Below are positions 24,993 through 32,000 of a DNA stretch of 32,000 nucleotides, piece by piece. The DNA is from Gemmata obscuriglobus (lineage in GTDB: Bacteria > Planctomycetota > Planctomycetia > Gemmatales > Gemmataceae). The notes beneath the pieces were generated by a model, which worked only from the letters and a program-made list of their open reading frames with translations, was not told where the DNA came from and did not search any database. The stretch's first letter is position 1. Each line of letters opens with the position of its first letter. The stretch is taken from contig NZ_CP042911.1 of assembly GCF_008065095.1 (NCBI RefSeq), forward strand, positions 180,001 to 212,000, written 5' to 3'. The translations under genes and the position numbers were made by a program.

Positions 24993-26298
24993 AGGGCAAA
25001 CGCACTCAATCCCCTAGGAATCGCTGGATTCTAGCTAATTTTGAGGCGTGTGATCGAGCGGCCATCGCTCGCCTCCTGCGCATGTGCGGCCCCGCCTCCA
25101 TATGATTCTGGCGCGCCCTCACCGCCTCGGAGTCTGCCGATGAGTGCCGCCCCCGGCCCACGCCCGTTAATCGAGTACCTGTCCCAGATCCCGGATCCGC
25201 GGGTCGAGTTGAAGTGCTTCCACGACTTGATTGATGTACTCATGATCGTGACCTGTGGGACGATCGTCGGGGCCGATGACTTCGTGTCGATCGCCGAGTT
25301 CGCGCGGGCCAAGGAGTCCTGGTTCCGGGACCGGCTGGGGCTGACGCTGCGCAACGGGATTCCGTCCCACGACACCCTCAACCGGGTGTTCGCGCTGGTC
25401 CGCCCGGAGGCGTTCGGGCGGTGCTTCCGGGCGTGGGTCGCGGACGCCGCCGAGGGCCTCCGGGTGCCCCACATCCCGATCGACGGGAAGACCATGCGGG
25501 GGTCCAAGCGGGTCACCGGCACGGGGGCTCGCAAGGCCACACACATCGTCAGCGCATGGGCTCAGCAGTTGGGCCTCACGTTGGCCCAGGTGAAGACCGA
25601 CGAGAAGTCCAACGAGATCACCGCGATCCCGGAACTGCTGGAGCGGCTGGACCTCGCGGGGGCCCTGGTGAGCATCGACGCGATGGGCACCCAGAAGGAC
25701 ATCGCCCAGCAGATCGTGGCCGCCAAGGGGGACTACCTGCTGGCGGTCAAGGACAACCAGCCGCGGCTGCTCGAGGACATCCAGCGGTTGGCCGAGGGGG
25801 CCCTAGAGGCGAGCTACGCGGGCCGCTCGACCGACCTCAACGAAGGAACGGGCCACGGGCGCGAGGAGATGCGGTTCTGCTTCGTGATCGACGACCTGGA
25901 GTCGATCCGGGACCGGAATGTGTGGCCCCGGTTGCGGTCCGTCGTGGTGCTCGTCAGCAGCCGCACGGTCGCCGGTAGGACGAGCGACGAGGTGCGGTAT
26001 TACATCAGCTCGCGGAAGGCATCGGCCAAGCGGTTCCAAACGTGGATCCGGGCTCATTGGTGCATCGAGAATTCATGCCATTGGGTGCTGGATGTCGCGT
26101 TCCGAGAAGACGACCACCGACTCCGTGAAGGGCACGGCCCGCAGAATATGGCCCTCGTGCGCAAGATCGCCTTGGCGATGTTGAAGAAGGCAAACGCCAA
26201 ATGTGGGATCAAGAACCGGCGACTCAAGGCCGGATGGGATAATACCTACCTCGAACAGGTACTACTGAAAAATCCCGAGGATTGAGTGCGTTTGCCCT
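24993..26298 (+). mobile_element. ISAs1-family insertion sequence, 1306 bp, complete
   Basis: Perfect 20-bp terminal inverted repeats: agggcaaacgcactcaatcc (24993-25012) and ggattgagtgcgtttgccct (26279-26298). They are flanked by the direct repeat ggtgctgaaggc (24981-24992 and 26299-26310). Confidence 0.9.
25140..26285 (+). CDS. ISAs1-family transposase (H-repeat-associated type)
   Basis: Track ORF 25041..26285 begins at TTG; ATG 25140 (MSAAPGPRPLIEYL...) is the more likely start. Family hallmarks are DPR......H.L.D.L......GA.....I..FA, IDGKT.RGS, SA.A......LAQ..TDEKSNEI.AIPELL, IDAMG.QK.IA..I...G.DY.LA.K.NQ and HW.IEN..HWVLDV.F.ED. Confidence 0.9.
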   Translation: MSAAPGPRPLIEYLSQIPDPRVELKCFHDLIDVLMIVTCGTIVGADDFVSIAEFARAKESWFRDRLGLTLRNGIPSHDTLNRVFALVRPEAFGRCFRAWVADAAEGLRVPHIPIDGKTMRGSKRVTGTGARKATHIVSAWAQQLGLTLAQVKTDEKSNEITAIPELLERLDLAGALVSIDAMGTQKDIAQQIVAAKGDYLLAVKDNQPRLLEDIQRLAEGALEASYAGRSTDLNEGTGHGREEMRFCFVIDDLESIRDRNVWPRLRSVVVLVSSRTVAGRTSDEVRYYISSRKASAKRFQTWIRAHWCIENSCHWVLDVAFREDDHRLREGHGPQNMALVRKIALAMLKKANAKCGIKNRRLKAGWDNTYLEQVLLKNPED

Positions 26299-26943
26299 GG
26301 TGCTGAAGGCGTGCCGCGACCGGGGGATGACGATCATTCACTGCCCGTCGGACACGATGAGCTTTTACAAGGACCACCCGGCACGCACGCGCGCCCTGGA
26401 GGCCAAGAAGGCCGCCCCGCCGAAGGCGAAGGAACTGCCGAACCCGCCGCTGCCGGTGGACGACTCCGACGGCGGGTGCGACGACGAGAAGCCCGCGAAG
26501 TCGTTCAAGGCCTGGACGCGGCAGCACGCCGCCATCAACATCGACGACGCGAAGGACTACATCACCGACAGCGGCGCCGAGGTGTACAACGTTCTCAAAG
26601 AGAAGGGTCTCGACACCGTCCTCGTACTCGGCGTTCACACCAACATGTGCGTGCTGAACCGCACGTTTGCCATCAAGCAACTGGTGAAGTGGGACGTGCG
26701 GACGGTTCTGGTGCGCGACCTGACGGACGCGATGTACAACCCGAAGATGAAACCGTTCGTGGAGCACGACAAGGGCACGCAGCTCATCATCGCGTTCATC
26801 GAACAGCACTGGTGCCCGACGACCGAGAGCAACGCGCTGCTCAAGAAGTGACGGCCACGACAGACGCCAGCGGGTAGGTGTGAAACGCGGTGCCGCGGCT
26901 CGCGTCGATTCGGTGGCCCGGCCCTTTCATTACGAGCGATTCG

Positions 26944-27645
26944 ATGCGCCGAACGCGAGCGGGGTTTCTCGGAGGCTTGGCGCTTGTGGCGTCCGACGCC
27001 GCGCCCGTTGCCGCCGGGATGCCCAGCGTCAACCTCACCGACGCCGCGTCGCTGCGGCTCCAGAGCATTTCGTTTTTCCTCGCGCTGTTTCTACTCTCGG
27101 CGGTGGCGGTGCGCGGGATCTGGAACGGGTTCCGGTCCGACTTCCCGCGGCTCCCGCGCCTCAGCTACCCGAAGGCCGTGGCGTTGGTCGGGCTCTGGGG
27201 GCTGCTGTTCGTACTCGTCCTCACGATGATTTCCGGGGCGCGCGAGCTGATGACGCCCGGCGCCTGGAAAAAGGATGGCGTGACCTACTCGCTGGCGGAC
27301 GAGCAGAAGCCGGCGGCGCCGGTGCCTGCTTTTGAACCGTCAGAGAGTGTGCGACGGGACAAACTGAAATCGTTGTTTCACTCGCTCGTGGTCTACGCGG
27401 CGGCGCACAACGGCCAGTACCCGCCGCCGAACGACACCGCGATCCCGGCGAGCCTGTGGCACACGGCCCACGCATCGGGGATGCCGTTCATCTACCTCCC
27501 CGGCCGCACGACGACCGATCCGGGACGCGTGCTGGCCTGTGAGCCCGAACTGTTCGGTTCGGAGCGGCTCGTCCTGTTCACGAACGGTGATATCCGGGGC
27601 ATGACCTCGGACGAACTGGCGCCGCTGCTGAAAGGCGTGAAGTGA
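26944..27645 (+). CDS. Membrane protein with a short DUF1559-like C-terminal domain
   Basis: This is the 3' part of track ORF 26890..27645, with the start at ATG 26944 (MRRTRAGFLGGLALV, RR-containing signal-like N-terminus). It has two TM helices. These are followed by YAAAHNGQYPPP and a terminal LVLFTNGDIRGMTSDEL, resembling the HNY..G.FP and DGSVRF motifs of DUF1559 proteins. Its stop overlaps the next ATG (TGATG). Confidence 0.65.
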   Translation: MRRTRAGFLGGLALVASDAAPVAAGMPSVNLTDAASLRLQSISFFLALFLLSAVAVRGIWNGFRSDFPRLPRLSYPKAVALVGLWGLLFVLVLTMISGARELMTPGAWKKDGVTYSLADEQKPAAPVPAFEPSESVRRDKLKSLFHSLVVYAAAHNGQYPPPNDTAIPASLWHTAHASGMPFIYLPGRTTTDPGRVLACEPELFGSERLVLFTNGDIRGMTSDELAPLLKGVK

Positions 27646-28622
27646 TGGCGCACAGGAAAATCGTCCGAACTCTGTTGACCACGGGCAGCATTATTACGTT
27701 GGGCACGTGGGGCCTTTTTTTGGTGATCGCCAATTTGGGATCTGTTCTGGATATCCCGGCCACTCTTGCGTTCGGATGGGTGACGTACCTGCGGCGTGTG
27801 ATTCCGAACGTCAACCCCGACCCGTGGGCCGTTGGCACGGCCGTGGCGTCCCTGGCGGGTGTGACCGTCGGTTCGCACTACTTCTTGCGGTGGTTGGCCG
27901 GTGGCGCGTGGCCGTGGACACGCAGCCTGAAGTGTGTGACGCTGGTACTGCTCATGTTCGTCGCGGGTATCGCGATGGTCGGTGTGACGCACCAGGCCGC
28001 GTGGCTGGCCCGTTCGCCCGAACCGCTTGTGAGCGACGGTCGCAAGATGCACGCGCGAATAATCTCATCAAACAACCTGAAACAAATTGGTTTAGCGGCT
28101 CACGACAACGAGGACCGGGCCGGCACCCTTCCGCAATCGACGTTCGACGCCGCCGGCCGGCCGATGCACTCGTGGCAGACGGCGCTGCTGCCCTGGCTGG
28201 AGCAAGACGAGACTTACAAACGGATCGACCGAACGCAGCCGTGGACACACCCCGCGAACGCAGAACCGCTCGGCACGCCCGTGAAATCGTTTTTGAATCC
28301 GGCAATGCCGGACGATCGGGTAAACGGCTTCGGCGTCAGCCATTACGCCTGCAACCCGGCTGTGGTCATGGGCCGGGCAAAGAAGCTCAGCGACTTCCAA
28401 AAGGGCAGCGAAAACACGATCCTGGCGGGCGAGGTGAACGCGGGGTTCCGCGCGTGGGGCGATCCGCTTAACGTTCGCGATCCGCGCGCGGGCACGGGCG
28501 GCGGGCCGCACGCCTACGGCACCGCGGGCAAACGCCCGCCCCAGTTCCTGATGCTCGACGGCTCCGTGCGTGCGTTCGACCCCAAAGAACTTGCGGAATT
28601 CACGGACCGGCCGCCGGAGTGA
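27645..28622 (+). CDS. DUF1559 (H-X9-DG) domain protein with a polytopic membrane N-terminus instead of a prepilin leader
   Basis: [37 protein letters not shown] and the terminal [11 protein letters not shown] match DUF1559 hallmarks. The first ~125 aa contain about 4 hydrophobic helices and no GFTLIELLVV-type N-terminal methylation motif. Confidence 0.8.
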   Translation: MAHRKIVRTLLTTGSIITLGTWGLFLVIANLGSVLDIPATLAFGWVTYLRRVIPNVNPDPWAVGTAVASLAGVTVGSHYFLRWLAGGAWPWTRSLKCVTLVLLMFVAGIAMVGVTHQAAWLARSPEPLVSDGRKMHARIISSNNLKQIGLAAHDNEDRAGTLPQSTFDAAGRPMHSWQTALLPWLEQDETYKRIDRTQPWTHPANAEPLGTPVKSFLNPAMPDDRVNGFGVSHYACNPAVVMGRAKKLSDFQKGSENTILAGEVNAGFRAWGDPLNVRDPRAGTGGGPHAYGTAGKRPPQFLMLDGSVRAFDPKELAEFTDRPPE

Positions 28623-28702
28623 CGCGAACTCGCGTTACCCCATATCGCGCCCGCCTGATAAGATTCCACCACCCAGACGGGCCGGCACCGCGCGAGGACT
28701 GC

Positions 28703-30373
28703 ATGAGCGACCATTACATCTACAACATCCGCAACCTGACCAAGCACTACGGGAAGCGGGAAATCCTCAAGGACATCAACCTGAACTTCTACCCCGGCGC
28801 CAAGATCGGGGTGATCGGGTCCAACGGGTCCGGCAAGACCACGCTGCTCCGCATCATGGCCGGTGTGGACAAGGAGTTCATGGGCGAGGCGTGGCCGCAC
28901 CAGGGCGCGACCATCGGCTACGTGCCGCAGGAGCCGCACCTCACGCCGGGCAAGACGGTCATCGAGAACGTCGAAGAGGCCGTCGCGCCGATCCGCGCGC
29001 TGCTGAGGCGGCAGGAGGAGATCGGCGACGAGATGGGCACCGCGGACGAGAAGAAGTTCGAGAAGCTCTCCAACGAAATGGAGCGGGTGCAGGCGCGGAT
29101 CGACGCGACCAACGCCTACGAACTCGACCGCACGCTCGAGATGGCGATGGACGCGATGCGGCTGCCGCCGTCGGACGCTGCCGTCGAGCGGCTCTCCGGC
29201 GGCGAGCGCCGCCGCGTCGCGCTCTGCAAGACGCTGCTCCAGCAGAACGACCTGCTGATCCTCGACGAGCCGACCAACCACCTCGACGCCGAGAGCGTCG
29301 AGTGGCTCGAGCACCACCTCGCGCAGTTCCCCGGCGCGGTCGTCGCCGTGACGCACGACCGGTACTTCCTCGACAACGTCGCCAAGTGGATTCTGGAGCT
29401 GCACGCCGGCCGCGGGTACCCGTTCTCGGGCAACTACTCGGGCTGGATGGAGATGAAGCAGAAGCGGATGGCGGTCGAGGAGAAGCAAGAGTCCGCCAAG
29501 AAGAAGCAGCTCGAGCGCGAGCTGGAGTGGGCGAAGAGCTCCCCCAAGGCGCGTATGAGCAAGAGCAAGGCGCGGCTCGCGGCCATCGACAAGCTGCAAG
29601 ACTCGATCATTGAGGAGGACGACAAGGAGCTGCTGATCCAGATCCCGAGCGGCCCGCCGCTCGGCGACCTGGTGGTCCGCGCCGAAGGGCTGAAGAAGGG
29701 CTTCGGCGACGTGCTCCTGTACGACGACCTCACGTTCGACCTCCCGAAGGGCGGCATCGTGGGCGTGATCGGCCCGAACGGCGCGGGCAAGACCACGCTG
29801 TTCAAGATGATCGTCGGTCAGGAGCAACCGGACGGCGGGAAGCTGACCGTTGGGACGACGGTGAAGACGGCCTACGTGGACCAGAACCGCGACGCCCTGG
29901 TGGCGACCAACACGATCTTCGAGGAGATCACCGGCGGCACCGACTACATCATGCTGGGCAAGCAGCGGGTCGCGTCCCGCGGGTACTGCGCCCGGTTCAA
30001 CTTCAAGGGGCCGGACCAGCAGAAGCTGGTGGGCAACTGCTCGGGCGGCGAGCGGAACCGGATTCACCTCGCGAAGCTGTTGCGCAGCAACGGCAACCTG
30101 CTGTTATTAGACGAGCCGACCAACGACCTCGACGTGGACACGCTCCGCGCGCTGGAGGAGGCGCTCCTGAACTTCGGCGGCTGCGCGGTGGTGATCTCGC
30201 ACGACCGCTGGTTCCTGGACCGCATCGCGACCCACATCCTGGCGTTCGAGGGCGACAGCAAGGTGGTCTGGTGCGACGGCAACTTCCAGGTGTATGAAGA
30301 GCAGCGCAAGGCCCGGCTCGGCGCCGCCGCCGAACTGCCGACCCGGATCAAGTACCGGAAACTCACGAACTAA
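28703..30373 (+). CDS. ettA: ABC-F ATPase, energy-dependent translational throttle protein EttA
   Basis: This is the 3' part of track ORF 28619..30373, with the start at ATG 28703 and a length of 556 aa. The N-terminus [49 protein letters not shown] is EttA-like. It has two ABC cassettes ([18 protein letters not shown]; [16 protein letters not shown]), an inter-domain linker and no TM domain. Confidence 0.92.
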   Translation: MSDHYIYNIRNLTKHYGKREILKDINLNFYPGAKIGVIGSNGSGKTTLLRIMAGVDKEFMGEAWPHQGATIGYVPQEPHLTPGKTVIENVEEAVAPIRALLRRQEEIGDEMGTADEKKFEKLSNEMERVQARIDATNAYELDRTLEMAMDAMRLPPSDAAVERLSGGERRRVALCKTLLQQNDLLILDEPTNHLDAESVEWLEHHLAQFPGAVVAVTHDRYFLDNVAKWILELHAGRGYPFSGNYSGWMEMKQKRMAVEEKQESAKKKQLERELEWAKSSPKARMSKSKARLAAIDKLQDSIIEEDDKELLIQIPSGPPLGDLVVRAEGLKKGFGDVLLYDDLTFDLPKGGIVGVIGPNGAGKTTLFKMIVGQEQPDGGKLTVGTTVKTAYVDQNRDALVATNTIFEEITGGTDYIMLGKQRVASRGYCARFNFKGPDQQKLVGNCSGGERNRIHLAKLLRSNGNLLLLDEPTNDLDVDTLRALEEALLNFGGCAVVISHDRWFLDRIATHILAFEGDSKVVWCDGNFQVYEEQRKARLGAAAELPTRIKYRKLTN

Positions 30374-30376
30374 GTT

Positions 30377-30405
30377 GCGGGTACAACGGAGACCGGCGTG
30401 CCCGC
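30377..30405 (+). terminator. Weak hairpin after ettA
   Basis: An 8-bp stem gcgggtac / gtgcccgc (one G-U pair) with a 13-nt loop, followed by gatcttt. The U tract is poor. Confidence 0.25.
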
Positions 30406-30557
30406 GATCTTTACTGAAACGGTTCACGGCACCGCGGTCGAGGTCGCGCGACTGCTCAGCCAGCGATTGTGTTTGCCGGCTGAGCGACGCGCGAGCACCG
30501 CGGCCCCGTGAATGACGGGTTCCGCGGGTGACGCTACGCAGAACAATGAGGTGCGGC

Positions 30558-30779
30558 ATGTCGGGCAAGGCACCTGCCCTGAAAGGCGTCGTTCGTAACG
30601 GCGTCGTGTTCGACGCGCCGACGAAGTTGCCGGATGGTACGGAGGTCGAAGTCATCGTCGCCCCACTCCCGTTCACGCCGGAGGAACAGGCCTAATTCGC
30701 TGGTGGGGAATCGTTGGGCGACGAAGCCTGGGGCATGATTAACGAATGGGAGTGGGAGGGCGACCGTGCAACCGGGTGA
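30558..30779 (+). pseudogene. Small antitoxin-like gene with an in-frame TAA
   Basis: Not in the ORF track. ATG 30558 gives MSGKAPALKGVVRNGVVFDAPTKLPDGTEVEVIVAPLPFTPEEQA, stopping at TAA 30693-30695. The same frame continues with FAGGESLGDEAWGMINEWEWEGD to TGA 30777-30779. The pattern G.V.NG.....P..LP(D/E)G..V.V.I is typical of small antitoxins upstream of PIN/MazF toxins. The first 45 aa may still be expressed. Confidence 0.5.
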
Positions 30780-31019
30780 GGTGTACTGGGTCGAGTTCCT
30801 CCGAGCGGTGGACACGTGCCTGCCGGTCGCAGCCCCGGCGTCATCCTCCAAAACCATACAGCCGCCGCGGCCAATGTGCTGACCGCCGATTCTTACGCTC
30901 TCGCGTTCCAGTTCGGTGCGACCAATCGGCTGCGGTTGGGTGACAAACTCGGCGACGTGTCGGCTGCGATTCTTGCCGAAATTTACAAGGCCCTCGACGC
31001 ACTCACTGGATCCCCATGA
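30766..31019 (+). pseudogene. MazF/PemK-family toxin remnant (frameshifted, probably with an internal deletion)
   Basis: GTG 30766 gives VQPGEVYWVEF, a MazF-type N-terminus, and then loses protein-like sequence. The family-like sequence continues in another frame (PPSGGHVPAGRSPGVILQNHTAAAAN...FQFGATNRLRLGDKLGDVSAAILAEIYKALDALTG, track ORF 30816..31019). The total is about 84 aa, compared with my recollection of roughly 110 aa for MazF. Confidence 0.5.
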
Positions 31020-31699
31020 TCGAACTCCTCGACGCCGTGAAGACCTACACGCAGGGGCGGCGCACGGTGAACGCGGTTCGCGGGGTCACGCTCCGCGTCA
31101 ACAGCGGCGAGTTCGTGACCATCATGGGACCGTCCGGGTCCGGCAAATCCACCCTCATGCACCTGATGGGCGCGCTCGACACGCCCTCCGGCGGCCGGGC
31201 CGTGTTCCACGGGCAGGACCTGCAAACCATGTCCGACCGGCAGCGGTCGCTCTTGCGCCGCGACCGCATCGGGTTCGTGTTCCAGGCGTTCAACCTGTTG
31301 CCCACGCTCACCGCCGCCGAAAACGTTGCGCTGCCCCTGCTGCTCGCCGGAACGAACCGCCGGCAGGCGCTCCACCGCGCGGCCGAGTGCCTGGAGCGAG
31401 TGCTGCTCGCCCACCGGGCCGAGCACTTCCCCGACGAGATGTCCGGCGGGGAGATGCAGCGCGTCGCCGTGGCCCGCGCGCTCGTGGCCGACCCCGAGGC
31501 GGTGCTGTGCGACGAGCCCACCGGGAACCTCGACACCGCCGCGAGCCGCGAAATCCTGACGCTGCTCTCGAAGCTCCCGGAGCCGGGCAAGCGGGCGGTC
31601 ATCATGGTCACCCACGACCCCAACGGGGCGTCTTACGGCACCCGCCTCGTGCGCATCCGGGACGGGTTGCTCGAGTCGGACGAGGCGGTCCGCAAGTGA
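31016..31699 (+). CDS. ABC transporter ATP-binding protein (MacB/LolD/FtsE-like)
   Basis: 227 aa. It has Walker A GPSGSGKST, the Q-loop, the signature MSGGEMQRVAVARAL, Walker B VLCDEPTGNLD and the H-loop VTHD. Its ATG overlaps the stop of the toxin remnant (ATGA). Confidence 0.9.
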   Translation: MIELLDAVKTYTQGRRTVNAVRGVTLRVNSGEFVTIMGPSGSGKSTLMHLMGALDTPSGGRAVFHGQDLQTMSDRQRSLLRRDRIGFVFQAFNLLPTLTAAENVALPLLLAGTNRRQALHRAAECLERVLLAHRAEHFPDEMSGGEMQRVAVARALVADPEAVLCDEPTGNLDTAASREILTLLSKLPEPGKRAVIMVTHDPNGASYGTRLVRIRDGLLESDEAVRK

Positions 31700-31804
31700 T
31701 CCGGCCCGCCTGCCGCGCGGCCGGCGCCGCCTGTGAAGACAGCAACACTGGTCCGCACCGGGCCGCCGCGCGCCGGTGCCCGTGACATCCATTCAAGGGC
31801 CGCC

Positions 31805-32000
31805 GCATGTCGGTGTACCGTCTGCTGGCCGTGCGCTACCTGTTCCAGCGGTGGGACCGGGCCGTGCTCATCATCTCGAGCATCGCCCTGGGCGTCGCCA
31901 CGCTCGTGTCCGCGCGCATCCTCAACCAGTGCTTCGAGATCGCGGCCCAGGGCACCACCACGCCCGCCGGCAGCGCCGAGCTGTACGTCACCAACGGCGA
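31805..32000 (+). CDS. ABC transporter permease (FtsX/MacB-type), 5' part; runs off the right edge
   Basis: Not in the ORF track because it has no stop. ATG 31805 gives MSVYRLLAVRYLFQRWDRAVLIISSIALGVATLVSARILNQ..., a typical FtsX-like N-terminus with its first TM helix. It lies downstream of the ATPase gene. Confidence 0.7.

Larger units (their letters stand above)
24673..26851 (+). pseudogene. Isochorismatase-family cysteine hydrolase gene, split by the ISAs1-family insertion
   Basis: The 5' part runs from ATG 24673 (signal-like MTRCRAVLAFAAFLFIIAGTPAA...VVVCDMWDDHWC...EPVLKA). The 3' part runs 26299..26851 (...CRDRGMTIIHC...LVLGVHTNMCVLNRTFAIKQL...VLVRDLTDAM). Removing the IS plus one duplication copy (1318 bp) rejoins the two parts in frame. 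Confidence 0.85.

Noticed and set aside
1-32000. Scan of all intergenic regions for tRNA, rRNA, tmRNA-like or riboswitch-like sequences and for CRISPR repeats
   Set aside because: I saw no cloverleaf-compatible segments with T-loop (GGTTCGAATCC-like) motifs outside coding regions, no rRNA-like stretches, and no spaced direct repeats. A covariance-model scan (tRNAscan-SE or Infernal) would be needed to be definitive.

Overview
The window is high-G+C bacterial chromosomal DNA. Its gene content suggests Planctomycetota, possibly Gemmataceae: DUF1559, DUF1080, HTTM proteins, a fused MFS/spermidine-synthase-like protein and Cys-rich repeat proteins. This taxonomic call is inference only. I support about 30 coding regions. 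Housekeeping genes are tkt, ettA, an rlmI-like methyltransferase, an HU-like protein, a partial GcvT/YgfZ-like gene and an ABC transporter. I found no rRNA, tRNA or CRISPR array. There are two complete IS elements with inverted repeats and target-site duplications that can be read directly. A 1504-bp IS4-family element sits inside a long nested palindrome. A 1306-bp ISAs1-family element splits an isochorismatase-like gene. There is also a decayed MazEF-like toxin-antitoxin pair. Two stretches look lower in G+C by eye (about 4424-5300 and 16200-17450) and carry broken or atypical genes. I do not see a complete, clear-cut novel system. The best candidates are: (1) a tandemly duplicated, translationally coupled pair made of a membrane-anchored partner and an HTTM protein; (2) a histone-deacetylase-family enzyme next to an HU protein with a lysine-rich tail; (3) a degraded low-GC two-gene cassette downstream of an atypical Hsp70-like gene; (4) a coupled pair of DUF1559-like proteins with membrane anchors instead of pilin leaders; (5) a secreted protein built from two different 78-bp tandem repeat families. 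All family assignments rest on motif recognition by eye and need HMM or BLAST confirmation.
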